This document shows positions 39,601 to 51,132 of a DNA stretch of 64,000 bases, piece after piece. Under the pieces are notes generated by a model that saw nothing but the letters and a program-made list of their open reading frames with translations, was not told the DNA's origin and ran no database searches. The DNA comes from an uncultured delta proteobacterium. Its GTDB lineage: Bacteria; Myxococcota_A; Polyangia; Haliangiales; Haliangiaceae. The translations under genes and the position numbers were made by a program. The first letter of the stretch is position 1. The number at the start of each line of letters is the position of its first letter. The DNA lies in assembly GCA_963848295.1 (NCBI GenBank), contig CAWKDB010000010.1, positions 3,456,001-3,520,000 of the forward strand. The letters are read 5' to 3'.

Positions 39601-41396
39601 CGCTGCGGCTCGGCACGTTGCTCGAGAAGCAGGGCTCGCCCGACATCGGACGCGTCTATCGCGCGGCGTTGATCATCGCGCCCGATGATCGCGAGATCCT
39701 GCGCCGCGTCGTCAGCCAGCTCGTCGAGCACGACAACCCGCGCGAGGGCGCGCTGTTGATGGAGCGCTTGCTCGCGGTCGAGACGCCGGACCAAGCACCC
39801 GCGCTCGCCGGTCGACTCGCGACGATGTGGGAAGCCGCCGGCGACGCGAAGGGCGTGCAGCGCACGCTCGAGCTCGCGCATCGCTCGGCGCCCGACGATC
39901 GCGCGATCCACGACCGGCTCGAGCAGTGGTATCGCGATCGCGAGCTGTGGTCCGAGCTCGCCGAGCTGATGACTCACGATGCCGAGAATCTCGACGATGC
40001 CTCGGCGGTCGTTCGCCTGCGCGAAGCGGCGAGCGTGTACTCCGGCTTCCTCGGTCAGCCGCTGAAGGCCGCGGAGGTGTTGCGCAAGGCGCGCGCTCGC
40101 GCACCGAACGTGCCCGAGCTCGTCACCGATCTCGCCGCGGCCCTCGCGGCGGCGGGCGAGCTCGACGCCGCCCAGCGCGCGATCGGCGAGGCACTCGGCA
40201 GCGTCACGGGTGCGGCGCGTGTCTCGCTACTCGTGCTGCGCGCGAGCTTCCGCCAGCAGCTCGGCGACGATGCGTCTGCGGTCACCGATCTCAGCGATGC
40301 GTATGACCTCGACAAGGAACGCGTCGCGGAGAGCTTGGTCGCTGGCCTCGATCGCCTGCGCAGCCGCGCCGAGCGCGACGGCGACATGCCGACCGAGCGC
40401 GTCGCGACGTTGAAGCTAGCGCAGCTCCTCGTCGCGCACGGCGAGCTCGAGCGCGGCCGAGGCTTCCTCGTCGCGTGGATCGAACGCGATGCGCGCGATG
40501 CCGAGCCGCTGTACATCCTGTGCGACCTCGACGAATCGATCGAGCACTGGGACGGCGTCGCAGCCGCCGCGATGCGGCTCGCCTACGTCACCGAAGGTGA
40601 AGCGCAGGTCGCAGCAGCCTTGCGGGCGACCGCCGCCTCCGCGAAGGCGGGGCGTCCGGGCGACGCGGTGCCGGTGCTCGAGGTCGTGTTCCAAGCCCAG
40701 CCCGGGGTCGACGTGTTGCGCGACAAGCTGCGCGAGACCTACGAAGCGGCGGGCGAGTTCAAGTTGCTCGCCGGCATCCTCGTCGCCGACGCCGATCACG
40801 GCAGCGATCCCGCCGCGCGCTACGCGAACTACAAGCGCGCCGCCGAGCTCCTGCTCTACCAGCTCGAAGATGCGGCCTCGGCGCAGGTCCCGGCGCAGCG
40901 CGCGCTCGAGCTCCAGCCCGACGACCACGCCGCGCTGATGCTCAACGTCGACGTGTTGATCGGTTCGGGTCAGGTCGAAGACGCCGGGCGCACGCTCGAA
41001 GCCGCGATCGCCGCGCAGAAGAAGCGCACGCCCGAGCTCGCGGTGCTGCAACAACGCATGGGCCGGGTCGCGGCGACGCTCGGCGACAAGGACGGCCAGC
41101 TCAACTGGTTGAAGAAAGCGTTCGATGTCGATCGCAAGAACGCCGAAGTCGCGGCCGAGCTCGCACAGCTCGCGACCGAGATCGGCGACTACGAGCTCGC
41201 CCTCAAGCCGCTGCGGGCGATCACGCTGATGGACAACCCCGCGCCGGTCACGCGGCCGATGGCGCTGTTGTGGGAAGCGAAGATCGAGCACGCGCGCGGC
41301 AATCGCGCGAAGGCCGAGCTGTGGGCGAAGAAGGCGCTGCGCGAAGATCCGGGCTTCGCGGACGCGCAGCAGTTCCTCGACGAGCTCGGTGGCTAG
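33654..41396 (+). CDS. Giant TPR-repeat protein (2580 aa), myxobacterial AgmK-like class
   Basis: Continuous TPR-like helical repeats; high third-position GC. Confidence 0.85.
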   Translation: MADVSQFEEAAAAVRHSPHAVSAWEEVESLASDLEKPDEIVVLYGEALAGAVEPQVAEMIGERAGNFCDEWFGDDPKVLEKILARVLELAPSSDSALQRLSVIYTVAERWADVLALFDRAIAATKERGRRTRLLREAAQLAKDVANQPERAIGYYQQLLPLVPDDAQLGQSLERLLERHERWVDLIRLWEGRIESQSKKDREKTRARIAACWLDNLKDPQNALAAVKPLLGEAEDDRESCSLLERIVEAPQATKSVRDAALDLLRSHYDSTGRPREVIRVLERAIQLDPTGARELREEAGQRLAELDDLPAAMDHYSALLAIAPESSVTEEKLRQLAERGGHHDRYAAGVAAAARTNAGIDPTRKVELLGEAARTRLERMSDIDGAVALFVEAQAVSGAAEHEQLAIARRLAALYGQQNKPQDRLAVLERQAHLESNDAARSAILSEAAKLAESLGDTDRALTLWERRVDSDPSDLSALDARIGILENQKRWDDLVAALESRASKVASPNQKRSDLVRVALVHAEQRHDLDSAIGAWQRVVTDHKDDEEGISKLADLLAETGRWKEMADLLEGASGRATARTIARLVRLGDALRSHLDEPARALTAYRNAIAIEPASKEARAGLTALLDLKQTRAAAADALAQALRTTGDVAGVLDLLPARLAEAADDRTRLALLREAAQLRLEHKHDAPGALADLAKAFPLAPRDQLIEHQIISLAQSTNDWPAAAAAFKAAIGALGDDTREAARLRLAYADLVAERLDDNTRAAEAYEQVAAVEPGNRRAVYAFARLGGALGEWEKAANVVVRYAMMREAFDDELLSVLELAAQGNRAHDLLALALGESLDKFKLPAGVAALFHHRLALIHRDHRRDTAAAIASLRKALEQGGERLAWLTDLVALEREVGQTPALLDALRRLADADARDLDSLVGSADIASKLGEREQALQILSAVLGRATAAWRGTASIRSARSVDSVAKWAIDALVELYRTGGRARAAVDTLVEAARLPFDAGTRRDMRLRAAQMATVELGDNAAAIEMYRSVLAAQSNDLEVIERLAHLLGVEDRVPELLTLRQIQLGLETDLDKKLQLRLELARLVGIVEERGGRLDALRANLEDRPGHEASIDAVAELLANKGQHRQLADLLEQQAQRLEANGEPGRGSKLWARYAQVTEQDTKEVERAIAGHRRVVALSPTPESLRALARLNLDRGQSAQAVPWLESLLGTVPPNERLIVVHQLAKAHLSANQTDRAIAAIEVNLDDKEPALELRTLLAELYRKADQWEPLARHLTRSLPLIKDERLARDFAREAVQLYLTRLGSPAKAIPALETALALDPTDKELRTALAVGQRVAGKLVEARAALAELIADFGRRRSPERAALHVELARVAQAEGKTDEAMAELESAAKMDASNPAIQKELAELARSVGQLDKAERTYRALLLVVRRTPPGDDENAVGASEVLFELHKLSASRGESDQAKELLESAMEAAIQSDAEVRRLRRSLLAHNEGELLLKVLGKRLDTNPDVHSQARLLSDMADALDGLGRGSEALDALIKAFGVMPSRLDLHERARELAKKLGQTKRFVDAVDTVVDRLRRKDDPPLIANLLMRAGDALENEGGDLRGAANLYRRVEILGEKLAEAFYAQARIAAALGDTAEQARTLDKMFELAGSDAEPTPAQVDALYRLSEIFIGSDSRRKQGVELLERAFAAEPRWAQAGRLLKDAASRDASDEKILAMYERVARNGGDQELLLDFLERRGALPGATPQQIREAVDLAVELAQDARAEALLVRAVAAARDTADGIGSAPWAMLALAERRLAAGDLTQARDLVYEIAPIVEPEHVDGLAMRIATRALAHRKTQLAADVYEFLRERSPAERAVWQPLLTIYRELGDGDRLGSVVSSTLPNLVSPAERNALRIEHVKFLIENLKRHHDALDVLRDALRDDADNLEAAEMYEATLRELGDDDGIAEFLWSRFEDAQRRGHRDSTVDVALRLGTLLEKQGSPDIGRVYRAALIIAPDDREILRRVVSQLVEHDNPREGALLMERLLAVETPDQAPALAGRLATMWEAAGDAKGVQRTLELAHRSAPDDRAIHDRLEQWYRDRELWSELAELMTHDAENLDDASAVVRLREAASVYSGFLGQPLKAAEVLRKARARAPNVPELVTDLAAALAAAGELDAAQRAIGEALGSVTGAARVSLLVLRASFRQQLGDDASAVTDLSDAYDLDKERVAESLVAGLDRLRSRAERDGDMPTERVATLKLAQLLVAHGELERGRGFLVAWIERDARDAEPLYILCDLDESIEHWDGVAAAAMRLAYVTEGEAQVAAALRATAASAKAGRPGDAVPVLEVVFQAQPGVDVLRDKLRETYEAAGEFKLLAGILVADADHGSDPAARYANYKRAAELLLYQLEDAASAQVPAQRALELQPDDHAALMLNVDVLIGSGQVEDAGRTLEAAIAAQKKRTPELAVLQQRMGRVAATLGDKDGQLNWLKKAFDVDRKNAEVAAELAQLATEIGDYELALKPLRAITLMDNPAPVTRPMALLWEAKIEHARGNRAKAELWAKKALREDPGFADAQQFLDELGG

Positions 41397-41405
41397 CCCA
41401 CGGCG

Positions 41406-43385
<1,980 letters not shown>

Positions 43386-44519
43386 GCCGGGGGTTATCGA
43401 CCGCAGGCGCGCTCGGTTGCCCGGGCGGCGTGTAGCCGGGCTCGCGGAACGGAACTTCGCAGAACAGCTGCCCTTTCGGCGGCGCCGGCGGGCGCACCAC
43501 CGCCGGCGGCGGTGGCCCGGGGAGGCTGCGGACGCAGCGGAAGCCGGCGAGTACGCCGGTATCGATCGACTGCCACCCATGGCCCCGGCCTGTGATCCCG
43601 GGCGCGGCGTCACCACCCTTCGTCGCACGCCACGGGCGCTCTACCCCTGGCTCTTGGTCATCCGGGATCACAGGCGGGTCGCGCTGGACCGGATCGATCA
43701 CCGACGGGTTGTCGCGGCAACCCCGGATCGAGGACCAGTCGAGCTCGATCACCGGCTCGGGTGCGCGGCGCCTTGTAAATCGCGGGACGCCCTCGATTCG
43801 CGGGAAATTCAGCCAGTCGCTGATCCACTCCGGCGCGCTATAGGACAGGTCCAGAACGCCGTAGGGGCTCGCGCCGGCGGGATGCGCTCCGACATCGAGG
43901 ATGAGCGGCTCGTCGATGCCACATCGGAGCGAGCCGTCGTGGCTCCAGTCCATCGAGCTCAACGTCGTCGTCCGGTCGCACGTCGGTCGCGCATCGCCCC
44001 ACGGATAGATTCGATCGTCGGTGCCGCGCGCGGCCTTCTCCCACTCGGCTTCGCTAGGCAGCCGCTTGCCGACCCAGTTGCAGTACGCGGTGGCATCCTC
44101 GAAGTGGACCTGCGCCGGGAGATTTAGTTCCGCGTCTGGCGCGAAGTCTTCGAGCTGCAGCGACTCGCCGATCGATCGGCCCTTGCAGGCGCCCGCGGCG
44201 TGGCATCGCCCGAACGCGCGCCGTGACACCTCGACGCGATCGATCTCGAGGTGCGAGATCCACAAGCGTCGCGGTGGATCGGCTTCCACGCATTCCGAGA
44301 TCTCCGCCGATTCCATCTCGTGTTGTCGACGGTCGTCGCGCCCGTAGAAGTAGCTGGACACCCGTGCGCGGTAGCAGCCGGCGGAGAACCACGATGCCGG
44401 GACGTCGACCATGTCGTCCGGGATCGGCGTCGTCGGCGTCGGCGGCGGCTCGGGCGGGCTCGCCGGGCCCGAGCATGCGGTGATCGCGCACGCCAGGGTC
44501 GCAGACCGCAGCGTGCGGA

Positions 44520-46172
44520 TCACTGGTTCACCGTCCCACGCGGCGTCTCGTCGTCGGTGGCGATCGCGACGCGCGCCTCGCGCAGGGTGGTCGCGAGGAC
44601 CTGGTCGATCATCGCGGTCGCGCCGGCGATCGAATCGAGCGAGCCGTCGCGGATCGCGTCGGGGGCGTAGCTCGCGAGCGCGGACAGGTCGCCGTCGACG
44701 TGCACGCGCCCGGCCTCGTCGCGGGTCACGATCGTCGGCTCGCTGTCGTAGGCGCCGAGCACGAACCGCATCGGGATCCGCAGCTCCGACAGCCGCGTGG
44801 CCCGCACGCGATCGACGATCGCGTACGACACGCCGTGCAGCGCGGCCGACACGATCTGTGCCGGCGCCACGGCCGACGCGAGCCGGAGCTCGAGCACGCC
44901 GTCGGCCGGCCTCGGTGCGCCGGCGTGGCGGTCGGCGAGCAGCGGTCCCATCTGGGTCGCGCGCTGCTCGGCGCCGGTCGTGTCGGCGACCTGCTCGCTG
45001 CCATTGACCGCGCGCGCGACGTACGCGACCCAGCTCGCCGTGGTCGCGGTGGCTTGGTGCTCTCTCGCCTGGTGGTTGCAATCTACGAGAGCCGCCGTCA
45101 CTTTTTCGAGCGAGGACTTCGCGCGCTTCGGATCGGCGCGATGCAACGGCCGCAGGTTCTTGATCACGTCGATCATATAGGTGCCGTTGGCCTCCTTCTG
45201 CTTCTCCAGCACGTCCTTCTGCGCGAGGAAGAAGTCGATGCGTGGATTGGTCGAGTAGCCCATGCCGGGATCGCGCTCGGCTTGGCCACCGGCCGGGCTC
45301 GGCGTCGCGCTCGGGGCGATCGCCTCGAGCGCGCTCTTGCCCGCCAGCTTGAGCCCTTGCTTGATCGCGGCGCCGAGCACTTTCTCGACCTCGAACGCGA
45401 AGACAACCTCCTCGGCCACTGCAGCGGTCGCGATCGTGAGCGCGGCCTCGGCGAGGTCCCACCACGGCGGCGTGCCGGTCTTGGCGACCCGCTTCTTGTA
45501 CACCGATGCATCGCGGTCGACCGCGTCGCAACCCGCAGCCTGCGCCTCCGCAAGTTCAGTCGCGGCCTTCGTGGCTTTGAGCGCGGCGCGGTCGAACTCC
45601 TTGTCCACCTCGCCCGGTAGGCGGTCATCCGCCTCGACCGCGAGCTCGGCCTGGACCGCCTGGTCCCAGCTCTGCGCCAGGCGGCGCGGCTCGGCTACGA
45701 GCGCGGCCTCGTCGACCGGCCCGCGCGGCACCTGATCGAGCGTGCGGGCACGGCCACGCAGCGCCGTCGTCTTCGTCTCGATCATACCGTCGCTCCAGAC
45801 CACCACCCACGACAGCGTACCCTCGTGGTGCCCCGGCGTGGTGGGCGCGTAGACGATCGTCGGGGATGCCTGCTCGGCCGCGGCCGCTCCCGACGCCCAA
45901 TCGGCCGACGACGGCAACGCGATCTCGGCCGGCGCTTCCAGCCTGAAGTCGGCGCCGTCGATCGTGCAGCACACGATCGCGGCCACGTCGCGCTGGTTGA
46001 AGGGGACGTGGATCTGGGCGGTTCGGCCGCCGCCGACGAGGTGCTCGCCGAAATCGTAGATCGGAACCGCGATGGCGTGCGGCGCGGGCAGGCTCGCCTC
46101 CGGCTCGCGTGGCCTGGCGGCGTGGACCTGCGGGTGCGCGGCCTGCTTCGAATCGTAAGAGGGATCGCCCAT
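44520..46172 (-). CDS. Hypothetical protein: Ig-like (choice-of-anchor-D/ASH-like) N-domain plus helical region
   Basis: YDFG...IVYAPTTPG..EGTL...LRG pattern; hydrophobic segment WWDLAEAALTIATAAV; no signal peptide. Confidence 0.6.
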   Translation of the reverse strand: MGDPSYDSKQAAHPQVHAARPREPEASLPAPHAIAVPIYDFGEHLVGGGRTAQIHVPFNQRDVAAIVCCTIDGADFRLEAPAEIALPSSADWASGAAAAEQASPTIVYAPTTPGHHEGTLSWVVVWSDGMIETKTTALRGRARTLDQVPRGPVDEAALVAEPRRLAQSWDQAVQAELAVEADDRLPGEVDKEFDRAALKATKAATELAEAQAAGCDAVDRDASVYKKRVAKTGTPPWWDLAEAALTIATAAVAEEVVFAFEVEKVLGAAIKQGLKLAGKSALEAIAPSATPSPAGGQAERDPGMGYSTNPRIDFFLAQKDVLEKQKEANGTYMIDVIKNLRPLHRADPKRAKSSLEKVTAALVDCNHQAREHQATATTASWVAYVARAVNGSEQVADTTGAEQRATQMGPLLADRHAGAPRPADGVLELRLASAVAPAQIVSAALHGVSYAIVDRVRATRLSELRIPMRFVLGAYDSEPTIVTRDEAGRVHVDGDLSALASYAPDAIRDGSLDSIAGATAMIDQVLATTLREARVAIATDDETPRGTVNQ

Positions 46173-46254
46173 GGGCCCGCTATCGGCCGAGCCGGCGCTC
46201 GGTTGCGCGGAAAAGACCAAGCAACCGCCGGTGCGAGGTGCCGATAGCGAGCGC

Positions 46255-46704
46255 ATGACCGCAACCACCGCCCTGAACAGCATACCGTTAGTCCTGGGAA
46301 CCTCGACCATGCCGACCGCCGCGCCCCGGCTCGAGGTCGTTCCTAGGACCGGTCCGCCGCCGCTCTGGCAGCCCGGGTCTCGATCGGACACACCGACCAC
46401 GGACGCCATCCGCGAACGCGCGCGAGGCGAGCAGGCCGCGGGTCGGCTGGACGGCGCGATCATCGCGGTGCTGACCCGCCCGTTGCGGCCCGACGAGGGC
46501 CATCGCGTGGGCAACGACAACCGAGAGCGCGAGCTGGTCCGACTGCTCGCCGCGCTCACGCCGGTCGAGACGTACCACCTGCGTCGGCGGCTGGATGCCG
46601 ACCGGGCTGACGATGCGGTCGTCGTCGCGTTCCGCCGCTTGCTCGGCGAGCGGCGGCAGCGGGTGCGCGCGTTCCTCTCCGATCCCAGGCGGCGGTGCGC
46701 GTGA
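46255..46704 (+). CDS. Hypothetical helical protein
   Basis: ORF divergent from the 46172 gene; start uncertain (46255 or 46309). Confidence 0.55.
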   Translation: MTATTALNSIPLVLGTSTMPTAAPRLEVVPRTGPPPLWQPGSRSDTPTTDAIRERARGEQAAGRLDGAIIAVLTRPLRPDEGHRVGNDNRERELVRLLAALTPVETYHLRRRLDADRADDAVVVAFRRLLGERRQRVRAFLSDPRRRCA

Positions 46705-46767
46705 GCGGACGCGCGTTCGCCGGCGCTCACGTTCGAGCGTCGGCGCGATGGTTCGATCGGCGTCGGC

Positions 46768-47424
46768 TCAGAGCGCGGTCACCGCGACGGTCGCGCCGTA
46801 CGCGCTCTGGCCATAGACCGTGACGTTCGTCGGCGCGACGCCGCTGCCATCGAGCGGCAGGTCGTAGCTCGAGGTCAGCTCGATGCCGACCGGCACGTTC
46901 TGGGTGTGACCGTCGGCGTACTGGATGCCGACCGATTGCACGTAGGTCGCGCCGCCATTCGCCGCGAGCTCGATGGTCGACACCGTGCTGTACTCCGGCG
47001 CGATCGCGACGGCGAGCTGGCCATCGTAGAGCGGCGCCGGCGCGGCCAGCGAGATCCACGGCCGGGTGAACCGGCCACCGACGTAGAACCGATCGTGGTC
47101 GAGGCGCAGCTGCTCGAGTCGGTCGCGCTCGATCCGCTCGCCGCGGAGCTCCGCGCGCTGGTCGGCGGCGTGCACCTCGCCGCGCTGGATCTGTTCGCCG
47201 CGGACTTCACCGCGCACGTACGCGCCGCGGTTGTCGTTGTTGCGCACGACCGGGCCGTGACCGCGCTCGACGATCGGACGCGGCGCCGGGCGAACCGCGA
47301 CGTTGTGTACTGGAGCGACCCGCGCGGCTGCGATGTGGACCGCGGGCGCGGCGTTCGCCGTGGCCGTGAGCGCGAGGGCCGAGGAGCTGACAACCAGGGT
47401 GGCGATAAGGGCTTTGAGCAACAT
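46768..47424 (-). CDS. Secreted hypothetical protein
   Basis: AAGGAGA RBS, signal peptide (ATANA), Arg-rich linker, beta-rich C-domain. Confidence 0.75.
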   Translation of the reverse strand: MLLKALIATLVVSSSALALTATANAAPAVHIAAARVAPVHNVAVRPAPRPIVERGHGPVVRNNDNRGAYVRGEVRGEQIQRGEVHAADQRAELRGERIERDRLEQLRLDHDRFYVGGRFTRPWISLAAPAPLYDGQLAVAIAPEYSTVSTIELAANGGATYVQSVGIQYADGHTQNVPVGIELTSSYDLPLDGSGVAPTNVTVYGQSAYGATVAVTAL

Positions 47425-47452
47425 GGGGTATCTCCTTCTGGCCAGACTTGAT

Positions 47453-47468
47453 TGCAGCGCCGATGCCA
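47453..47468 (-). promoter_or_regulatory. Sigma-54 promoter (-24/-12)
   Basis: TGGCATCGGCGCTGCA = GG-N10-GC, upstream of the 47424 RBS. Confidence 0.7.
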
Positions 47469-47578
47469 TATCCAAATAATTGATATCAATCGAGTATTCC
47501 AGAATCGCACATGCGAAGTCCGCAGCGATCCGCAGATTCCGCAGCACCGATTCGTCGGTCTCGCGCGTCCGGACCTGC

Positions 47579-48112
47579 ATGGCCACCAAGTGCGTGCTCG
47601 CGGTGCTGCTCACGTTGGCCGGTGTGGCGCACGGCGGGCCGGTGCCGCGCGACCCAGCGCTGCACGCGACCGACTGGTGCAACTGGACCTATGCGAACAC
47701 CAACTGGTATCCGATGTTGGTCGATTGCAAGGCGACGGTCGACGAACGTCACAGCGAGCACGGAGGGATCTGGGCGTTCCGCGAGTATCGTTTCGTCAGC
47801 GCCGCATACGGCGATCTCACCGGCGATGCGGCCGAGGACGCACTGCTCACGATCGAGGTCACGCAACGCCCGGTGCTGATCGCGGCGGGCAAGCCCAGAA
47901 CGTCGGCGGAATTCTGGCTGATGCAAGACACCGCCGCCGGCATGGTGATCTACACGAGCGAGAGCGCCGACGCGGTTCCGACGAGCGTCGCGATCAGCAA
48001 CGGGGTGGCGACGTTGCAATGGCGCGATCGCGGCAAGACCTGCGTGGAACACTGGCAGTTCAAGCGCGAAGGCGAGGCCGCCGTCAAGACACCGCGCCGG
48101 TGCGCGCCGTAA
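47579..48112 (+). CDS. Secreted hypothetical protein
   Basis: Signal peptide (VAHG); YGDLTGD..ED motif. Confidence 0.65.
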   Translation: MATKCVLAVLLTLAGVAHGGPVPRDPALHATDWCNWTYANTNWYPMLVDCKATVDERHSEHGGIWAFREYRFVSAAYGDLTGDAAEDALLTIEVTQRPVLIAAGKPRTSAEFWLMQDTAAGMVIYTSESADAVPTSVAISNGVATLQWRDRGKTCVEHWQFKREGEAAVKTPRRCAP

Positions 48113-48122
48113 GCTGTCGCGC

Positions 48123-48902
48123 ATGCCCGATGCTGCGGTTCTCTACGCCAGCGCCGACCACGTCGCGACGATCACGCTGAACCGGCCCGACAACCGCAAC
48201 AGCATGACGCCCGAGCTGCTCGACGCGTTCGCGCTGGCGGCGGAGCGCGCGCGCGTCGATCGCGAGCTGCGCTGTGTCGTCGTCACCGGTAGCGGTGCAT
48301 GCTTCTCGTCCGGCGCGGACTTCAAGAGCAGCTTGCAACGCGCGGCGGGTGCTCCGCACGAGCGGTCCTACGCGATGTACGAGCCGTTCTTGTCGCTGCT
48401 CGACATCGAGGTCCCGATCATCGGCGCGCTCAATGGTCATACGGTCGGTGGCGGCTTCGGGCTCGCGCTCGTGTGCGACGTCCGGATCGGCGCGCTCGAC
48501 GCGAAGTACGGCGCGAACTTCGTGCGGCTCGGGCTCGCTCCGGGCATGGCCGTGAGCTATCTGTTGCCGCGGATCATCGGCTTGCCGCGCGCGAACGAGC
48601 TGCTGCTCGCAGGTCGACTCGTCGACGGGCGCGAAGCCGAGCGGCTCGGGATCCTCGGCCGCGCCGTGCCGGCCGGTGACGTGCTGGCCGAGGCGACGCA
48701 GCTCGCGCGCGAGATCGCGGCGGCGGCTCCGCTCGCGGTGCGGGAGACGAAAGCGGCGATCCGTCGCGGCCTCGGGCTCGACGTGCGCGCGGCCGCTCGC
48801 GCCGAGTCGTACGCGCAAGCCCAGACGATCGCGACCGACGATGCGCGCGAGGGCATCGCCGCGCTGCTCGCGAAGCGCGATCCGGTGTTCACCGGTCGCT
48901 GA
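48123..48902 (+). CDS. Enoyl-CoA hydratase/isomerase family protein
   Basis: ITLNRP..RNS, FSSGAD, GGGFGLAL.CD, DAREGI.A...KR.P.F.G. Confidence 0.92.
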   Translation: MPDAAVLYASADHVATITLNRPDNRNSMTPELLDAFALAAERARVDRELRCVVVTGSGACFSSGADFKSSLQRAAGAPHERSYAMYEPFLSLLDIEVPIIGALNGHTVGGGFGLALVCDVRIGALDAKYGANFVRLGLAPGMAVSYLLPRIIGLPRANELLLAGRLVDGREAERLGILGRAVPAGDVLAEATQLAREIAAAAPLAVRETKAAIRRGLGLDVRAAARAESYAQAQTIATDDAREGIAALLAKRDPVFTGR

Positions 48903-49899
48903 GCGCGCACGACTCGAGCTTGGCGGGCGACACCTCGTGTGCGAAAGCCCAGGCGAGCCCCCAATACGTGCCGACGGCGATCGACGGCCACGCAGGCGGA
49001 CCGCCGTGCACGTAGCGCTGGCCGGTCTTCGCGACGACGCCGATCACGTCACCGCCGACGCGATCGTAGAGGCAAGTGCCGGCGGCGAGCACGATGACGT
49101 CCGGGTCCTCGAGCTGGTAGCCGCCCGCGCCGACCGTGTCGCGAAACCGAATCGTCGGGTTGGTCACCTGCACGCTCATCGCGGGAACGTAGCCGCGGAC
49201 GCGCACGCCATAACGCGAGATGCCGACCTCGGTCCAGCCGCCGCTGCTCGCGATCACGATCGCGTCCTGGGGCTGGGCGCCGATCCGCGCGACGATCGGC
49301 GAGCGCGCGTTCGCCGCGATGTGAACCTCGGTTGCCGCGTCGACCATCGCGTTCGAGGGCGTTGCTCCGGTCACCGATGGCTCGGGGCCGATCCACATCG
49401 CGCCGAGCGCGAGCTGCGAGACCTTGCCGCTGACCTCGAGGTTCGGATCGGTCGTGGCGATCGACACGTCGGCGTCGACGATCGTCAGCCCGTTATCGCG
49501 AACCGCGATCGGTACGCCGGGCGCGAGCCACGCGCCGTGGACCCCATCCGCGCTCAATGCCACCTGCGAGATGATCACCGGGACGGCGGCGGCGCGCGGC
49601 AGCCACACGCCGATCCGCACGTCATCCCAGTCGCTGAGGACACGTATCGCGTCGGCGCGCAGCTCGAGCACGCTCCACTCGAACGGCCCGCGCTCGCGCG
49701 GCTCGAGGGGGATCGCGACGAGCGGATCGAGCCATGCGCGATCGACGCGATCGATCCACGCATGGTGGTCGAGCCGGCCGGCGATCGCTGGATCGGCGAG
49801 CTCGCGACCTGCGACCGGGAAACGCGCATGCGCCGGCGGCGGGATCGGCGCGTTGCCCGTCCAGCACCCCGCGAGCACGAGCGCATACAGCGCGTTCAT
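48889..49899 (-). CDS. Hypothetical lipoprotein (possible SH3-like segment)
   Basis: Lipobox VLAGC; GWTEV...VRGYVP. Confidence 0.6.
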   Translation of the reverse strand: MNALYALVLAGCWTGNAPIPPPAHARFPVAGRELADPAIAGRLDHHAWIDRVDRAWLDPLVAIPLEPRERGPFEWSVLELRADAIRVLSDWDDVRIGVWLPRAAAVPVIISQVALSADGVHGAWLAPGVPIAVRDNGLTIVDADVSIATTDPNLEVSGKVSQLALGAMWIGPEPSVTGATPSNAMVDAATEVHIAANARSPIVARIGAQPQDAIVIASSGGWTEVGISRYGVRVRGYVPAMSVQVTNPTIRFRDTVGAGGYQLEDPDVIVLAAGTCLYDRVGGDVIGVVAKTGQRYVHGGPPAWPSIAVGTYWGLAWAFAHEVSPAKLESCALSDR

Positions 49900-50067
49900 G
49901 GAAATCCAGACGGTCGGGTTCACCGCGCCGTCGCACCGCCGCCATCCTTATCCACCGACCGCGTAACGCCCTACGCAGGATGGCAATTCTGGGGTGCGAC
50001 AGGGTCGTGATTCTCACCGGTTACGACGCGCTGCGTCTCGCCTGGCTCTTGCACTACTAACAGGCAG

Positions 50068-51120
50068 ATGGAAATCGGCGTCATCACGAACCCGAACAGC
50101 CGCAAGAACCGCAACCGCCCTGACAGGGCCGAGCGGCTCCAGCGGATCGTCGGGACGATGGGCGAGGTCCACCAGACCACGTCGCTCGAGTCGATCAAGC
50201 CGGTGCTGCGCGACTTCCTACGCAAGCGCGCGCGTTACTGGGTCGCCGATGGTGGCGATGGCGCGCTCCACTGGATGTTGAAGAGCGGCATGGAAGTGCT
50301 GCAAGAAGACGAGTTCGCCGGCCAGGCGATCTCGCTGCCGATGGCATTGCCGACCAAGGGCGGCACGATCGACTTCGTCGCGAACAACGTCGGCATCGAA
50401 GGCGACGCCGAGGGCATCCTCGCGTCGCTGTGCAACGACCTCGAGCACGGCTTGGTCATCGAAGAGACCGAGGTCGATTCGATGGCGATCGACGGGGTGC
50501 AGATCATCGACGGCCAAGAAGTCGAGTTCCGGACCTACGGGTTCGCGTCTGCCGCCGGCGGGATCGGCCAGCGGTTCTATGCGAAGTACTACGAGTCCAA
50601 GGATCCGAACCCGCGCACGATCATGAAGGTCGTCGCGAACACCGTCGCCTCGGCCCCGATCGCGTTGTCGCCGCTCGCGCGCCTGCCGCTCGGTCAGCTC
50701 TCGACGTACGCGCGCGAGATGTTCCAGCCGACGGTCTGCAAGGTCACGCTCGACGGCATGGTGCTGCCCGGCACCGAGTACACCGGCGTCCACATCGCGT
50801 CGATGTCGATCAACCTCGGCAACGTGCTGCGGTTCTTCGGCCAGGCCGATCAACCGGGCCTGATGAACGCGATCGTCGGCACGCCGAGCCCGTGGGCGAT
50901 CATCTCGAACCTGCCGCGGATGGCGCGCGGTGCGCAGATGCGCGGTCGCAATGTCCTCGATCGGCCGTGCCGCGAGATGATGCTCGAGGCGACCGGCAGC
51001 GAGCTGCTCGCGCCGATCATCGACGGCGAGTTCTATCGCGACGTCAAGCGCCTCGCGTATCGCGTCGGCCCGCGCGTCCGGATCCCGAAAGTGATCGCGG
51101 CCAAGAAGGCCGCGGCGTAG
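50068..51120 (+). CDS. Diacylglycerol-kinase-like (DAGK_cat) protein
   Basis: VITNPNS, GGDGAL, GGTID, DGE. Confidence 0.75.
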   Translation: MEIGVITNPNSRKNRNRPDRAERLQRIVGTMGEVHQTTSLESIKPVLRDFLRKRARYWVADGGDGALHWMLKSGMEVLQEDEFAGQAISLPMALPTKGGTIDFVANNVGIEGDAEGILASLCNDLEHGLVIEETEVDSMAIDGVQIIDGQEVEFRTYGFASAAGGIGQRFYAKYYESKDPNPRTIMKVVANTVASAPIALSPLARLPLGQLSTYAREMFQPTVCKVTLDGMVLPGTEYTGVHIASMSINLGNVLRFFGQADQPGLMNAIVGTPSPWAIISNLPRMARGAQMRGRNVLDRPCREMMLEATGSELLAPIIDGEFYRDVKRLAYRVGPRVRIPKVIAAKKAAA

Positions 51121-51132
51121 TCGTTCGCGCGG

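Noticed and set aside
33702..39977. 2091-aa antisense ORF and other long Arg/Ala-rich alternative-frame ORFs
   Set aside because: Shadow ORFs expected from high-GC codon bias; no recognisable motifs.
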